NCBI GenBank assembly: GCA_043803405.1
Contig: JAZDKB010000020.1
Coordinates: forward strand, 32,001-96,000
Reading direction: 5' to 3'
DNA: 64,000 bases
Origin: Spirochaetota bacterium
Lineage (GTDB): Bacteria; Spirochaetota; UBA4802; JAFGDQ01
The stretch's first letter is position 1, and each line of letters starts with the position of its first letter. Made by a program: the position numbers and the translations under genes. This document shows, in pieces, positions 61,758 to 64,000 of this stretch. The notes under the pieces were generated by a model that was not told where the DNA came from, ran no database searches, and saw only the letters and a program-made list of their open reading frames with translations.

Positions 61758-62429
61758 TTATTCTTTCCTGAACTGCATAAACTTTTTGCAATATGGACCG
61801 GATAATTTCAGAACCGCGGCAGGGTTATGGCCAAAAACATGATCTTTGGCTATTAACACTGTGGATAATGCATTCGCATGTTTTATAAAAAGAGAGTCAT
61901 GTCCCACGCAAAGCCCTATAACAATATTAAACTCCGCGCCCTCATCATTCATTATTTCTGCCTGTGTTACTGGGTTGCACATTAGTGTGTAGTCCTTTGA
62001 TCCTCTTGAGATATCTTCATTCGTAATGCCGATAAGTTCTCCGGACAGGCCTCCTACTTTGCAGCATACGGAAACAACTTCAAAACCATGGTTTTCCAGT
62101 ATTTTATTGACCAGTATGGATTCATTGCGTAGCGCGCTGCAGAAAGCAAGTCCCAGCCTTTTATATCCCATTTTTTTTGCGAACAGTATTGTTTCTTCCA
62201 GCCTTGAATAGCGTGCGAATATTCCATCTTCGGAGCGAATAAAGGCTTCGGATTGCTGAATTGCGGCCTGACGGGCAAATTCCTTGAGCTCCGGTTCGAG
62301 TGATTTTCTAAGTCCTTTTTTCATTATACCAGGTTTCCGTTTTATCGGACAATCCGGGGAAGCTAAATTCGGATTCCTTTTTTCACATACAGGTTCATAG
62401 CAGTTCGCGCATTCGGTTATCTGTATCAT
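61758..62429 (-). CDS. DUF1847-family Cys-rich protein
   Basis: CANC....C..CP, RLEETI.FAKKMGYKRLGLAFC, VSVCCKVG, MCNP..QA, GLCVGHDSLF, KD...HNP. Confidence 0.8.
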   Translation of the reverse strand: MIQITECANCYEPVCEKRNPNLASPDCPIKRKPGIMKKGLRKSLEPELKEFARQAAIQQSEAFIRSEDGIFARYSRLEETILFAKKMGYKRLGLAFCSALRNESILVNKILENHGFEVVSVCCKVGGLSGELIGITNEDISRGSKDYTLMCNPVTQAEIMNDEGAEFNIVIGLCVGHDSLFIKHANALSTVLIAKDHVFGHNPAAVLKLSGPYCKKFMQFRKE

Positions 62430-62555
62430 ATTTAACTCCGACTGGTATTAAAAAAAATATTTCTCCTGTTTTATGATTCGATAAAAGCTTTATCTTCAAT
62501 AATATTTAAAAAACATTGTCGCCTCGATAAATCTATTTCTATATGGCTGTTCTCA

Positions 62556-62825
62556 TTAACTATGAGAAGCAAACTCACTAATAGTCTTTTTTGTTGCCGA
62601 TTCTTTCTGGGCTTTTACTGCTAATTCCGGTAGTGTTGTGGCATCAGAATTATTATTTTTATCTGAATCCGCGTTTAATCCGGTTTCTGAATTTGTTTTT
62701 TTTTCAGTGTTTGCATCCTGATCCTGTTCAGTCTCGCCATAAAGTTCTTCAAAAGATATTATATTGACCAATAAGGACAAAATAATTAATATTTTTTTTA
62801 TTAAATTAAAATTAATGAATTTCAT
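62556..62825 (-). pseudogene. Truncated N-terminal remnant of a TonB-dependent receptor
   Basis: Signal peptide followed by TLPELAVKAQKESATKKTI, matching TLPEVVVKSQKESATKKTV of receptor 2. The ORF stops after 89 aa. Confidence 0.8.
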
Positions 62826-63751
62826 ACATACCTGCCTAAAGAAAAAATGAAATTATTTATTTCTGTATTTTCTATTGTTTTCTCTGACCTTGTAAGGTAA
62901 AATTTATCCCGAAAAATGATCAGTCGTTCGGCGGATTTGCCAAAAAAGTGATAACCGGAACCGCCCTCGGAAAGAGTATCAAGCAGTGTGTCCGGGTCGT
63001 TCACTATTACTCCGCCTATAGCGTTTATACCGCGCCGGAAAAAGGCTTCCGGCAGCATGCTTGCAGTAGGCCCTACCAAAACAGCTTCCGCTCCATCGCG
63101 TTTCAGGCGGAGGATATCTTCAAGAGTGTTGTTGATAAGCGTAGTGCCTGTTATAATCAGCAGATCGGCCGATGCTATGCATTCATCGGCTTTTTCAGGA
63201 GGGCAGTAATATTGCATCTCATCCGCTTTTAGCGTGCGTGTATCTTTTTCCAGAATATGGAAATGCCGGCCGCGGCGTTTAAGTATCCGGATATAGGGCA
63301 CAAGAGCGCCTATGACTACGACCTTTTTGTCGATCGGGATGTTTTTATTTTCAACAGGATCAGCGAATTCCAGATTATATACAGCCGGAGGAGTCCTGTG
63401 CCAGCATGTTGCGGAAAGGGCATTCAGAACAGCAATCCCCAATGCTGTCTGCAAAGGCCCTTTTTTATAAATATTATCAATATATTCGGAAACTGGTTTT
63501 CCTGCCAGCTTACCGGAATCCGGCATGGCGCGCAGGGAACTGGGACAGCAGACTGCTTCAGGGATTTCTTTTGCAGGCGTAAGACAGATACCTCCTTCTC
63601 CGTTTGAAAGCTTAACACCTGAAAAAAACAGCCCAACAACTGCTCTTTCGACATTAATTGAGTTAATTTCACGGCCGAGCATATTACGTATTTGCTCTGC
63701 TGTTTCCATTAATATATTATAATTATAATTGATATTTTGTTTTGATGCCAA
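62822..63751 (-). CDS. DUF364 / Rossmann-like putative metal-chelation protein
   Basis: VVGLFFSGVKL, AVCCP, LGIAVLNALS, VVIGA, ITGTTLINNT, VGPT. AAGGAGG RBS places a TTG start at 63751. Confidence 0.8.
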   Translation of the reverse strand: MASKQNINYNYNILMETAEQIRNMLGREINSINVERAVVGLFFSGVKLSNGEGGICLTPAKEIPEAVCCPSSLRAMPDSGKLAGKPVSEYIDNIYKKGPLQTALGIAVLNALSATCWHRTPPAVYNLEFADPVENKNIPIDKKVVVIGALVPYIRILKRRGRHFHILEKDTRTLKADEMQYYCPPEKADECIASADLLIITGTTLINNTLEDILRLKRDGAEAVLVGPTASMLPEAFFRRGINAIGGVIVNDPDTLLDTLSEGGSGYHFFGKSAERLIIFRDKFYLTRSEKTIENTEINNFIFSLGRYV

Positions 63752-63786
63752 CAGAATGCCTCCTTTTATAATTATTTTGTTTTTAT

Positions 63787-63810
63787 CGATATGTCCAAAC
63801 AAACATAACG
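63787..63810 (-). promoter_or_regulatory. ModE-type box 9 (between DUF364 and modE-like gene)
   Basis: CGATATGT-N8-ACATAACG. TGTCAA 8 bp away at 63819-63824. Confidence 0.85.
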
Positions 63811-63899
63811 TATATTTCTGTCAAGACATTTAAAGCAAAAAATTACGGGTTTTTATCCTGTATAATAACTTGACAAAATAAAAAATAACATTTAAATGG

Positions 63900-64000
63900 A
63901 TGAACATGAACGATCTGAAAATTGATATAGGATATAAAATCTGGATTAAGAACAAGGGAAATGCCTTTGGGAAAGGGCCTTATACGCTTTTAAAAAATAT
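63900..64000 (+). CDS. modE: ModE-family winged-helix regulator, 5' fragment (runs off window, not in ORF track)
   Basis: Manual translation MNMNDLKIDIGYKIWIKNKGNAFGKGPYTLLKN fits the KIW....FGxG...LL start of ModE N-terminal domains. TTGACA at 63870-63875. Confidence 0.7.
   Translation, partial: MNMNDLKIDIGYKIWIKNKGNAFGKGPYTLLKN

Noticed and set aside
63752..63802. ORF-track start of the DUF364 gene at 63802
   Set aside because: It lies inside box 9. A strong RBS supports TTG 63751.

Overview
The window appears to be chromosomal DNA from an anaerobic diderm bacterium (TonB/ExbBD, class II RNR, Group II-type nif homologues); the lineage cannot be determined from sequence alone. It has three zones. 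(1) 1-6.3 kb: 3' part of an RlmD-like RNA methyltransferase, a structured intergenic element with GGA-loop hairpins, nrdJ, and a complete IS66 element (GTAAGCGT ends, 8-bp TSD, tnpA broken by a 10-bp duplication). (2) 6.3-24.1 kb: a visibly AT-rich surface-polysaccharide locus with glycosyltransferases, methyltransferases, Wzx, a B12 radical-SAM/radical-SAM-SPASM fusion and a CDP-sugar C-methylation operon. (3) 24.1-64 kb: a ~40 kb island with nine CGnTAT(G/A)T-N8-A(C/T)ATAnCG palindromes (ModE-box geometry), one in front of each apparent transcription unit, and the start of a ModE-type regulator at the window end. The island carries modD-modA-modA-modB-modC, three TonB-dependent receptors plus a remnant, TonB/ExbBD, metal-chelate ABC systems, a divergent MoeA and a GTPase/ATPase module. 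The standout is a nifH-nifD-nifK set at the end of a receptor/ABC-importer operon. It derives from Group II nitrogenase and keeps all Fe-protein and P-cluster ligands, but the FeMo-cofactor ligands and pocket residues are replaced. This suggests a repurposed nitrogenase-like reductase in a molybdenum-responsive scavenging system. Comparisons to reference proteins are from recalled motifs, not database searches.
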